DNA of 64,000 bases from the IMG/VR virus record IMGVR_UViG_3300031088_000821; one strand, 5' to 3'. This document shows, in pieces, positions 10,306-19,201 of the stretch. The position numbers and the translations under genes were made by a program. This stretch comes from an uncultured virus (IMG/VR IMGVR_UViG_3300031088_000821) (lineage: Duplodnaviria > Heunggongvirae > Uroviricota > Caudoviricetes). The notes beneath the pieces are model-generated. The model had not been told where the DNA came from, ran no database searches, and worked only from the letters and a program-made list of their open reading frames with translations. The number at the start of each line of letters is the position of its first letter. Within the stretch, counting starts at the first letter, position 1.

Positions 10306-11496
10306 ATGCCTCATTTTTCCGATGACAGGTTTTGGAATAGCTGCCTCAATAAGCTAGCCCATTCGGGCGCTTCCGAGCTGGTGGCCAACGGCCCAGGACA
10401 GTTTTTCATCACCATGAATGGCATAAAGCAGAAGCTGGATGCTCCTCCCATGAGCGAGAGAGCCTATGCCAAGTTTGTGGCTGACCACATAGCGCCCCTT
10501 ATCCACACCGATGAGGAGTTCGACGAGCAGGGCTATCTTCTCGAAGGCCGCTACGAAGTTTCTGGCCCTGAGGGCTTCGAGGGCAGATGCCACATAGTTA
10601 CTGCCCCCGCTTCCTATGTTCCTCTGGTGACTATGACAAAGATCTCGGGCACCGGAAGCACCATAGAGTCCATTGCTGCTTCGGGTTCCATGACCACAGA
10701 GATGATGAACTTTCTCATTGCGTCTGTTCGGGCTAAGCTCACCATTGTTCTTTCGGGTCAGTCGGGAGCAGGTAAAACCACAACGCTTCAGGCTTTGTCG
10801 AAGTACTTCAGCGATCAGGATAGAATCGGCGTAGGCGAGGACATCCCAGAGATTCGACTTAGCCAACCGAACTGTTTCTATCTTCATTCAGTGCCCTGGA
10901 AGCCCGGCTTTGACCCCAACAAGACGGCGGACCTCTCATGGGTTGTGAAGCAGTTCCTCCGGATGAGATTGGATAGGGGAATCATCGGTGAGACCCGAGG
11001 TAAAGAGTTCGCCGACTTCCTCGTAGCGGCCAACTCGGGTATGGATGGATCCATGACAACCATCCACGCCAACGACCCATCGGGTGCCCTAGACAAGATG
11101 ACCCGCTTTGCGCTGCAGGGTTCCGAGCTCCAGCCCATTCGCTCCATCAACAAGGAAATCGGTAGCGCAGTGGATCTCGTTGTTCAGCTTGCCCGCATCG
11201 ATGGGAAACACAGAGTAACCCACATCCAAGAGATCACTAACACTGTTTCGGATTCTACAGATTCCAAACTGGCTAGCCAGACGATCTACGGCTATGATCG
11301 CAAAGCTGACAACTGGGAGAAGAAGAACGTTCTCGGCGACAAGCTCAAGGACAAGTTTGCTCTCGCTGGCATTGACATTAGACCTTTCCTCTCCTCCCCC
11401 GTGGGCTCCCGGGCCAATGCTCATCAGGCTCCCCTAGCTCAGACAAAGGAACCTGGCGACTTCCAGGGTAACCCCTTCGGAGCTCGAAACATCTAA
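10306..11496 (+). CDS. CpaF/TadA/VirB11-family secretion or pilus ATPase
   Basis: GQSGAGKTT, Asp box GEDIPEI, LRMRLDRGIIGETRG, His box SMTTIHAN. Confidence 0.88.
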   Translation: MPHFSDDRFWNSCLNKLAHSGASELVANGPGQFFITMNGIKQKLDAPPMSERAYAKFVADHIAPLIHTDEEFDEQGYLLEGRYEVSGPEGFEGRCHIVTAPASYVPLVTMTKISGTGSTIESIAASGSMTTEMMNFLIASVRAKLTIVLSGQSGAGKTTTLQALSKYFSDQDRIGVGEDIPEIRLSQPNCFYLHSVPWKPGFDPNKTADLSWVVKQFLRMRLDRGIIGETRGKEFADFLVAANSGMDGSMTTIHANDPSGALDKMTRFALQGSELQPIRSINKEIGSAVDLVVQLARIDGKHRVTHIQEITNTVSDSTDSKLASQTIYGYDRKADNWEKKNVLGDKLKDKFALAGIDIRPFLSSPVGSRANAHQAPLAQTKEPGDFQGNPFGARNI

Positions 11497-11500
11497 TCCA

Positions 11501-12550
11501 ATGACTCCAGATAAGCTCACCGTTGAAGATCTCAGGATCTATGTGCCGCTGTTTCAGGCGGGAGAGGCAGCTGCGGCTCTTCTCGACGAGAACAGGCCAA
11601 CAGAGCCCGATGAGCTGGCTAGGGCGCTTTCTGAAGTGGGCCTCAAAAAACTCGCCTTCGAGCGAATCAAAGAGCTCACCTATCCCCTCACTCGCACAGA
11701 GATCATGAAATCCATAAGCAACAGCCATCTTCGGAACGAAGCGGAGGATATTTTCCCCGCCATTTACTACGCAGGACTCGGCGGCATGGAAAAAGGTCTT
11801 CGCAAGTTCGAGGTGGATAAGCTCAATGAATCTGCCACCAACTATCTCTTTCAGTGGATAACTGTCTATGCCAACAAGGAGCTTCTGACCTTGGAGGCCC
11901 CCATGGGGGTGCCTCCATCGAGATTCCAGAAGTATAAGAAAATAGCGGCGGTGCGAAAGAAGCTCACAGTGCTATTGGGCCATGATGCTACAGACGAAGA
12001 GGTCTATGATTTCTTCCAAACTGGTGGTGCGGATCTTCGAACCTTAAACGGCCCCATCAAAAAGGCAAAGGTTAACGCATCAAATCGAAAGATCACGCTG
12101 GAGATGATCCAAGAGCAAAGGGAAGTGGAGAAAAATCTCACCTTCGCTCAGATCTACACCGATGAGGACAACAGCTATAGGTCAGACGGGCTCATGGCTG
12201 TAGAAGATTCCGACCCATTCGCAGAAACCCTCATGGGTGCTTTTCTTGGGTCTAAAGATTTTAGCACTTTTTCGAAGGCCATCATCAAATCTGAACTTCA
12301 GCGGGAACTCACCGAGGCCGAGAGCGACGCTTTGGGTGCGGCTTCTGTTACAGCCCAACGAAGCATGCTCAATCTATGGAAGAAATACCTCGCTGATCCC
12401 GACGGCGACTTCCGAAAGTTCCTCGAAGCTAATATCTCTAGCGGCTTTTCCGACTTTGACATTGGTGCCGCTATTCGAGCTATGGAATCTAACCGCAAGA
12501 CAACTAGAAGAGCTGTAAGCTATGCTAAGCTCTTCGGAGAAGGAAACTAA
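11501..12550 (+). CDS. Divergent sigma-70-like protein (regions 2-3)
   Basis: AGLGGMEKGLRKFE…ATNYLFQWI…PMGVP…LGHDATDEEV parallels sigma regions 2.2-3. Confidence 0.6.
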   Translation: MTPDKLTVEDLRIYVPLFQAGEAAAALLDENRPTEPDELARALSEVGLKKLAFERIKELTYPLTRTEIMKSISNSHLRNEAEDIFPAIYYAGLGGMEKGLRKFEVDKLNESATNYLFQWITVYANKELLTLEAPMGVPPSRFQKYKKIAAVRKKLTVLLGHDATDEEVYDFFQTGGADLRTLNGPIKKAKVNASNRKITLEMIQEQREVEKNLTFAQIYTDEDNSYRSDGLMAVEDSDPFAETLMGAFLGSKDFSTFSKAIIKSELQRELTEAESDALGAASVTAQRSMLNLWKKYLADPDGDFRKFLEANISSGFSDFDIGAAIRAMESNRKTTRRAVSYAKLFGEGN

Positions 12551-12552
12551 AG

Positions 12553-12852
12553 ATGGACACTATGAAAATCATCGCATTGGTTGCTCTTGGTATCTTCTTC
12601 TTGGGGGCAGTCATGGGTGTGCTATTCTTTGTAAAGAACCTCAGGGACAGGCGCAACTATAACACCGAAGAGCTCCCCGACTTCGAAGGAGAAGCTGAGG
12701 AAGAAACCCTACCAGACGTGGAGGAATCTTCCTTTGCGAGCATCGGGGGTGAGTTCACCAATAGCGATGAATCAGTTTCCGAAATCTATGGAGAAATCTA
12801 TGGAACGGATGAAAAGGCGGGTGGCCTACGTCGGCGCACTCGCCGCCAGTGA
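12553..12852 (+). CDS. Small membrane protein with acidic tail
   Basis: N-terminal TM helix; AAGGA RBS. Confidence 0.65.
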   Translation: MDTMKIIALVALGIFFLGAVMGVLFFVKNLRDRRNYNTEELPDFEGEAEEETLPDVEESSFASIGGEFTNSDESVSEIYGEIYGTDEKAGGLRRRTRRQ

Positions 12853-12896
12853 TATAGGATCCAGTCGGATCTACCCAACGAAGTAAGGATACAAAT

Positions 12897-13190
12897 ATGG
12901 CAGAGCTACTAAGCAAGGGCGATCTCCTCAACGGAGTTAGCGAAGATGTCCCCGGAGTTTCTAAGGCTGATGTGGGAAGGATTGTGGCTTCCCTACAGGA
13001 TCGAATCATGGCAGCCGTAGCCGAGGGTAAGTCCGTAAAGCTTTCGGGTTTTGCAGCCTTTGACCCTAAGACTAGCGCAGCTCGCACCATGAGATCTCCT
13101 CAGACCGGTGAACCCATCGAAGTTCCCGAACGCAAGAGCGTAAAGATCCGGCCACTGAGCGCTTTCATTGAGGCAGTTCGCAACGACTGA
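12897..13190 (+). CDS. hup: HU-family DNA-binding protein
   Basis: VKLSGFAAF…AARTMRSPQTGEPIEVPERKSVKIRP HU signature. Confidence 0.9.
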   Translation: MAELLSKGDLLNGVSEDVPGVSKADVGRIVASLQDRIMAAVAEGKSVKLSGFAAFDPKTSAARTMRSPQTGEPIEVPERKSVKIRPLSAFIEAVRND

Positions 13191-13201
13191 CCTCAAGCAC
13201 T

Positions 13202-13241
13202 AAGAGGGGTATGGAGCGAAAGTTCCATGCCCCTCTTTTTT
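13202..13241 (+). terminator. Intrinsic terminator after hup
   Basis: AAGAGGGGTATGGAGC-GAAA-GTTCCATGCCCCTCTT hairpin followed by a T-run. Confidence 0.8.
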
Positions 13242-13284
13242 GGTATGATGAGATTTCATACAGCTTCGAAATCCAAGGAGATCA

Positions 13285-13755
13285 ATGGCTGCCGCCAATC
13301 ACAATAGAGTAGTCTTTAACGTGGAACTTCCCGAAGACTTTCTGCAATCCATGGAGCAAGCCATGGAAGAAGAGCTTCAGATAGCCCAGCGGAAGTGGGG
13401 CGTTAGTTTAGACGATGAGCTCCAAGAGCGAGTTAAGAGACACAGCCTCAATCAGCTCGCCGCCAAAGTGGACCTTACCATGAAGGTCTCTTGGAACTTC
13501 CAGCGGGTGCTTCCCCTGAAGATCAAGGGGCTAACTAAAAGCGTTGCGGGAGAGATCCATAAAGATCTTCTGCTTCCCAGAGACTCCGCGTCCGTAAGCT
13601 CTCTGCGGCTGCTTTTGGATAGGGATGGCTACGAGGTGGACGATGAAGATTCGGATGGTGCTGTTTCCGCCGAAGATCTCCCCGATTCCGTTTTTCAGAC
13701 GATCCTCACATGGCTTCGCACGGCCATTTTCTATGGCGTGGGCTCTTTCCGATGA
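13285..13755 (+). CDS. Hypothetical protein
   Basis: AAGGAG RBS; TATGAT -10 at 13244. Confidence 0.7.
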   Translation: MAAANHNRVVFNVELPEDFLQSMEQAMEEELQIAQRKWGVSLDDELQERVKRHSLNQLAAKVDLTMKVSWNFQRVLPLKIKGLTKSVAGEIHKDLLLPRDSASVSSLRLLLDRDGYEVDDEDSDGAVSAEDLPDSVFQTILTWLRTAIFYGVGSFR

Positions 13756-14159
13756 GCGACCACGAAAAACCTCGGCCCAACTACAAGCCATCCAAACGTA
13801 GGATCCTCGATCAGGTGGCCGCCCATGCGGGCATCCGCCGGGACATCGTAGAAAAAGTGCTCGAAGGTTTCTATGAAGTCTTGGCTGAGAGAATCCTCAA
13901 CGAGGGTAGCGTTTCTCTACCCAATCTCTTTTCTCTGAGGCTGGGGAAGGCAAGTGCGGGGCTTCGCAAAGAGCCGCACCTTCAGATCAGGATGCGGGCC
14001 TCCAAGAAGCTAAAGCAGCTCTTGAGAAAGGTGGAGGCTAATCCCGGCCTCACCATCGACGCCACCAACTGGCGTCAACAGCTTCGAGAGCTCGATAGTT
14101 CCCCTCAAAAAGGCATAGATCTTAAAGATTTTCTTGCAGATGACGGAGAAGAGTACTGA
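13752..14159 (+). CDS. Second, divergent HU/IHF-like protein
   Basis: KRRILDQVAAHAGI…VEKVLEGFYEVLAERILNEGSVSLPNLFSL…IRMRASKKLK fits the HU/IHF pattern with a shortened arm; ATGA overlap with the upstream stop. Confidence 0.6.
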   Translation: MSDHEKPRPNYKPSKRRILDQVAAHAGIRRDIVEKVLEGFYEVLAERILNEGSVSLPNLFSLRLGKASAGLRKEPHLQIRMRASKKLKQLLRKVEANPGLTIDATNWRQQLRELDSSPQKGIDLKDFLADDGEEY

Positions 14160-14206
14160 TCCAAAAGCGATATTGACTCATCATCTAATCATTCTTCGAT
14201 GAAGGG

Positions 14207-14746
14207 TTGTTTCCATTGCTCAGCTATGCTTCGATGCCTCTAGAGGCCCGCAAACTCGCCAATAAGTGTTTGGGCCGAGGAGTGCTAAAATCTGTTTTCA
14301 AGGGCGCTCAAGAGTACCACCTATTGCTTAAGATCGAAGCTGGTGAACTCGTCGGTTTTGGGCTATACCATTTCGAAGAAACCACAATGGCTGGCGAAAC
14401 TCGGCTCCTCGGCATCGTGGATATTGTGCTTGTGGATGTGGCCAGCAGAAGGCAAGGCTATGGCTCGGAAATCACCTTTTCTATGCTGCGCAAGATGTCA
14501 AACTTTGGAGTTGAGCGCGTAGAAGTGCTCGTTAAAGAACCCACTGCGCTAGATAGGGATTCTGAGCCGGGGGTCCCACTAGCTGCTCCAGATGCTATCT
14601 TGGGGCTTTTGGGTTTTAGAAGGGTTTCGGCGCTTGATGGCTACTATGCCGCCGATTCTCTTAGGCACCGCTACGAGTGCGGTTTTTGCGGGAATGTGCC
14701 TGACAGTTGCAGAGCGGTGCTTTATGCCAAGGATTCTCTGAGCTAA
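14207..14746 (+). CDS. GNAT-family acetyltransferase with C-terminal Cys cluster
   Basis: Motif A VDVASRRQGYGS; LGF motif; CGFC…C. Confidence 0.75.
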   Translation: MFPLLSYASMPLEARKLANKCLGRGVLKSVFKGAQEYHLLLKIEAGELVGFGLYHFEETTMAGETRLLGIVDIVLVDVASRRQGYGSEITFSMLRKMSNFGVERVEVLVKEPTALDRDSEPGVPLAAPDAILGLLGFRRVSALDGYYAADSLRHRYECGFCGNVPDSCRAVLYAKDSLS

Positions 14747-14825
14747 AAGCAATAGATCTACAGCTCTCTGGCTGAGCCGATGATGATATGAGGGACTATT
14801 GGCTAGGCACTACTAGGATGAGGCT

Positions 14826-17800
14826 ATGGATTTGAGGAAGCACCAGGGGGCAATCTACCTCGATGGCGCAGCTCTAGCTCCAATTCGTAGAAAACCGACT
14901 GTCCGCAAGTTTGGCCAGAACTTCGGGAAAGTCACCCTAAAGGTAGCGATGGTGCTTTTGGCCTTCGTGGTGGTGAGCTCTAGCCTCAACCTCACCCTTC
15001 TCGCCTCCACGGTGCTAGAAGCTTCTGCTACTGCCCCCGACGTGGGTTCCATCGAGGATGGCGAGGACGATGGAACTGCAGATGTGAAGAAAACACTGGA
15101 AGAGTCCATGGAGGCCTCGGGATTGGATCCTGAGGATCCCAAGCAGGTTGCGGAGTTCATGAATAATCATGGCTCCGAGGACGCTAACTCCTTCAAGGGT
15201 CTCTTTAAGCGCATCTTCATGCCCTCCTACATCAACTACGCCCCAAATGCCTATGTGCCGAACGGGCAGGATTTGGATTTCGGCTGCAAAGTTTCGGAAT
15301 CCGCTAAAGGCACTATAGGCTACCACAACTGCGATGTCCCCAACCTCTCTGCGGAGTTCGTTCAGGACATCGCTCGCTTCCTCATCCCCTGGGGCGCCTA
15401 CAATGCCAATCAGGAATCCGCAGTGGCCGCCAATCGGGTTTTCGGATATCCACCCAAAGCTGTGCTTCCCGGCAACGGAGATGTGCCTGTTCAGGAATCT
15501 TCAAGATCCTACAAGTACACTGGTCTTGAGCTCTTCGGCTATAACCTTTCCTACACCGCCTATAACGGAGAGTGGGACTACATAAAGGTAATGACCAGCG
15601 CTCGGACCATGGCTAACTTCGGCACCTTCGACAAGATCGCCATGGGTGGTAAGGCCGTCATCGATGGCGTTGCCTATGCCGCCAACGAGCTGGCCTCCGA
15701 TGTCTCCCAGGGAAACATTTTTGGCGCCATCTCCGGCCTCTTTGGGGGCTACTTTGAGGGCGCAGCCACGGAGAGCATCTCCACTATTCTGGATACTTCC
15801 GACTACAACGTCTTTAACCAGTTAGCTTGGTATAGGCCCGACTTCGGAGCTACCACTTACGGCGCTCGCTCCATGAGCTCCGAAGAGCTTGCAGAGGAAT
15901 CGCTGAGACAGCTGGAGTCCTTCTTTAACTCCTTCAACCCCGAAACCTATACCCTGCCAGAGGACTTCCCTAAGAAGGGCTCCAACACCCCAAAGCGGCC
16001 ACTTGAGGCTATCTCTAGCTGCTATGTGATGGCGGGAACGTCGGGAGAGCTCAGTAGGCAATGGGGTAATACTACAGAAGCTCCAGGCCCCACCGAAGGA
16101 AACTGCAAGAGCCAGGGTGACTCAGTGAGGGCAGCCCTTGTCAATAGCCTTGATGCCGACGATGAAGACGACAAGAAACTCATCGATAAGCTCAATGGCA
16201 TGAAGACCTACGAATGGGATGAAGATGGCGTACGAGCCCAGCAGTCCATCGCGGACTGGGCTTCTTCCACGGGTTACCCATCGAGGCTAGATAAATATGG
16301 CTTTGATTGCTCACTCCCTAGCGAGGGTTCGGCGGCTTCTAGAAAATCCTCCATAGATGCTTGGTACTCCTGTAAGGACAGCCAGTGGCAAGGACGCTAT
16401 GACGCCACAATGGAGGCCGGAAAGAAGAAGGAGAACAATAAGTACTTTGAAGCGATGTTTGGAAAGCTGGCTTCAAAGTTCGTCGGTTGGTTCAGCTCTC
16501 AGAACCAGGACAAGAACTTCAATGCTGCCTATAACCGCTTTGTCTGTGTGGACTCCACAACCGGCAAGGACATGCGGGACGCCAACGGCAATCTGCTGAG
16601 GGTCTACAATAGCAAGGGTGACCCCACTGGCAACTGTGGAGAAATCCGCTCGCCCATTCAGAACGGACTTCTCGGCAACGGCTATCTCCCCACGGAGCAG
16701 CCTCAAGAGGACACTCGACGGACAGCCTTTGATCCCTTCGGCTCTTTTGCCACCGTGGGTGTGCTCACTGTGGCAGATGCTTCGCTGGGCATTGCCAGCG
16801 CGATGACTCAGTTCTCCAACACCATTTTGGGTCTGGCATTTACTCCAATCCTCGATGCGCTGGATCTTCGAGACACCATCGTTGGCCTCATCGAATCCTT
16901 CCGGGATTCCATGTTCTTCCCGCTGGCGGGTCTAGTGGCAGCGCTGGGTGCCTTCACCATTCTCTTCCGGGCTCTCCGATCCAACGCCTACACCGAAGCC
17001 TTCACGTCCTTCCTGTACATCCTCGGAGCATTCATCCTCGGCGTTGCCCTGCTCTCTAAGCCCGCAGTAGTTCTCAAGTGGGTTGACGAGGGCCCGGTGA
17101 TGGTTGAAAACACCATTCTTACAGCTCTTTTCAACAATGACGACTCCAATGATCAGCTCTGCACCACCAACGGTAGCGGCTACAAGGGCAACGGATCGGG
17201 CGGTAAAACCATCACGGGGAATACCGGCTTTGACCCCAATGGCTCCGTTCGAGTGCTCATGTGTGAGAACTGGCGCTCCTTTGTTTTCACTCCTTGGGTC
17301 TACGGCCAATGGGGCACGAGCTATCAGAACCTCTACGCCAATGGGGCAACGGGACTTCCAGCGGGTGCTAAAACCCTTTCCAACACTAACGGTGATCTCG
17401 TTGGCACCGCAAGCGTCAACTTTGGCTCCAACACCATCGTAAAGAACTGGGCAACCTACCAGCTGGCAACTCAGACCATCGGTACTTCCACCACTGCGGA
17501 CAACTCAAAGGTTTCTGGCCTCACCAACAAGAACTGGTATAGGATAGTGGACGCGCAGATGGGGCCAAACAATGGCGCTGGCACCGACTCGCGCTATGCA
17601 GAGAGCTGGTCCAAGGCAAATGGAGACATGGTATCTGCTATCTTCATGGCGCCAGTGGCTTCGGTGGTGGGAGCCGTTGTGGTTATCTCCTACACCATAG
17701 CCAAGCTCACCCTTGTCTTTACTTCGATCTTCCTTCTGGTGATCTTGCCCTTCATGCTTCTCTTGGGAGTTCATCCCACCTTTGGAAGGCAAAAATTGAA

Positions 17801-19199
17801 GGCCTATGGCGGCACCTTGATCTCCCTCATGATTCAGAGGATCTTGCTTACGGTGCTCCTGGGTGTGCTTTTCAAGTTCCTCTTCTCCATCTCCGCTGCT
17901 GCCACCTCCTACTTCCTCATAGCGCTGCTCACTATCATTGTTTCTTTGGTGTTCTTCTTCTACCGCAAGGAACTTCTGGGATTGGTGCAAAAGGCCATGG
18001 ACGAAGCAGCCGGATCCTTCGCCGGCGGCAGGCTCCATGACGTCCGCCAAATGGTGGCCGACCACACACCTAAGGGCGTCAAGAATGCACTCTCTTTGGG
18101 TGCGGCCAATGCCAAGGGCATGGCTTACGGGGCTGCGGCTGGCATGGCCCATGGCCAGAATCTCAAAGAAATGAATAAGTCCCTCAAGGACATTCGCCAC
18201 AACTTCTCCCAGAGGGCTTTGGGAGCTCAGAAGAACCAGGGCTTCGCGGGTAGCCAAAAAGCCCAACAGATCGCCACCAAGGTGGAAAGAGAGCTCAACT
18301 CTAAGTTCGCAGGAAATGAATACGAATCTGCGAGAAACCGCATCGAAGACGAGGCCTCTACCACCACTGGCTTCTACTCGGATGGGGATGGCAATGAGAT
18401 CACCGACAGAGAGTACTCCAAGCTAACCGATGAGCAGAAGTCCAACTATGTGGCCATCGACAAGGAAGTCACCACTCGGGTGAATATTGACAGGGACAGA
18501 CGTTCCGGTGGCGCAGTTTCCGATGAGATCATCACCAGTGAAAACGGGGAGGCCACTGGTGCCCCCGTGACGAGAGAGCACAGACGTGGCATCACTGGTA
18601 GGAAGACAAGCGTCGGCTCTAGTGCTGCTGTGAGGAGATCTCTCCAGAGGCAAAAGGACCTCGAAGATAAGCTCGCAAGATTGGAATCCAAAAAGACCCG
18701 ACGGCTTCAAAAGGGGGAAACCAGAGCCCTCATGGCCATGGGCTACAAGGAAGTCAAGGGCTACGACGAGAGCGGTCGAGCCATTGAGGTTGCTGAGAAC
18801 ACGGCAACTATGACGCCAGAGCGTCGAGCTGCCTATGAGGCAGATAGGGCTAGGGTTCACATGGCGCTGGTAGTGGCCGGCAATGATGGTAGACTTCGGC
18901 GAACAGCCAAAGATCAGGCTAAGGTCGATAGGACTAGCAACAAGCTCGACAGTGAGGCCCAGAGAATCGTAGACAACGAAAAGCTGAGGCCAGTTGAAGA
19001 ACGAAGAGCTCGTAGAGAGGAAGCCTTCGTGGAGCTTTCGGGTCTCGTCACCGAAGCCGTCAAGGATGCCAAAGAGGCATCCGATGAGCACTGGAAGAAA
19101 AAGTTCGAAAGAGAGCGCCAAAGAGAGCAGACTCGGGAAGATAGAAAGTTCCAAAAAGCTGTGGATAGGCTCGATAGAGATAGGGGAGGAAAGAAGTAG
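14826..19199 (+). CDS. Large polytopic membrane protein, VirB6/TrbL-like conjugation channel candidate (paralog 1)
   Basis: Large extracytoplasmic domain, clustered TM helices, CENWRSFVFTPWVYGQWG motif, charged cytoplasmic tail. Confidence 0.6.
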   Translation: MDLRKHQGAIYLDGAALAPIRRKPTVRKFGQNFGKVTLKVAMVLLAFVVVSSSLNLTLLASTVLEASATAPDVGSIEDGEDDGTADVKKTLEESMEASGLDPEDPKQVAEFMNNHGSEDANSFKGLFKRIFMPSYINYAPNAYVPNGQDLDFGCKVSESAKGTIGYHNCDVPNLSAEFVQDIARFLIPWGAYNANQESAVAANRVFGYPPKAVLPGNGDVPVQESSRSYKYTGLELFGYNLSYTAYNGEWDYIKVMTSARTMANFGTFDKIAMGGKAVIDGVAYAANELASDVSQGNIFGAISGLFGGYFEGAATESISTILDTSDYNVFNQLAWYRPDFGATTYGARSMSSEELAEESLRQLESFFNSFNPETYTLPEDFPKKGSNTPKRPLEAISSCYVMAGTSGELSRQWGNTTEAPGPTEGNCKSQGDSVRAALVNSLDADDEDDKKLIDKLNGMKTYEWDEDGVRAQQSIADWASSTGYPSRLDKYGFDCSLPSEGSAASRKSSIDAWYSCKDSQWQGRYDATMEAGKKKENNKYFEAMFGKLASKFVGWFSSQNQDKNFNAAYNRFVCVDSTTGKDMRDANGNLLRVYNSKGDPTGNCGEIRSPIQNGLLGNGYLPTEQPQEDTRRTAFDPFGSFATVGVLTVADASLGIASAMTQFSNTILGLAFTPILDALDLRDTIVGLIESFRDSMFFPLAGLVAALGAFTILFRALRSNAYTEAFTSFLYILGAFILGVALLSKPAVVLKWVDEGPVMVENTILTALFNNDDSNDQLCTTNGSGYKGNGSGGKTITGNTGFDPNGSVRVLMCENWRSFVFTPWVYGQWGTSYQNLYANGATGLPAGAKTLSNTNGDLVGTASVNFGSNTIVKNWATYQLATQTIGTSTTADNSKVSGLTNKNWYRIVDAQMGPNNGAGTDSRYAESWSKANGDMVSAIFMAPVASVVGAVVVISYTIAKLTLVFTSIFLLVILPFMLLLGVHPTFGRQKLKAYGGTLISLMIQRILLTVLLGVLFKFLFSISAAATSYFLIALLTIIVSLVFFFYRKELLGLVQKAMDEAAGSFAGGRLHDVRQMVADHTPKGVKNALSLGAANAKGMAYGAAAGMAHGQNLKEMNKSLKDIRHNFSQRALGAQKNQGFAGSQKAQQIATKVERELNSKFAGNEYESARNRIEDEASTTTGFYSDGDGNEITDREYSKLTDEQKSNYVAIDKEVTTRVNIDRDRRSGGAVSDEIITSENGEATGAPVTREHRRGITGRKTSVGSSAAVRRSLQRQKDLEDKLARLESKKTRRLQKGETRALMAMGYKEVKGYDESGRAIEVAENTATMTPERRAAYEADRARVHMALVVAGNDGRLRRTAKDQAKVDRTSNKLDSEAQRIVDNEKLRPVEERRARREEAFVELSGLVTEAVKDAKEASDEHWKKKFERERQREQTREDRKFQKAVDRLDRDRGGKK

Positions 19200-19201
19200 C
19201 T

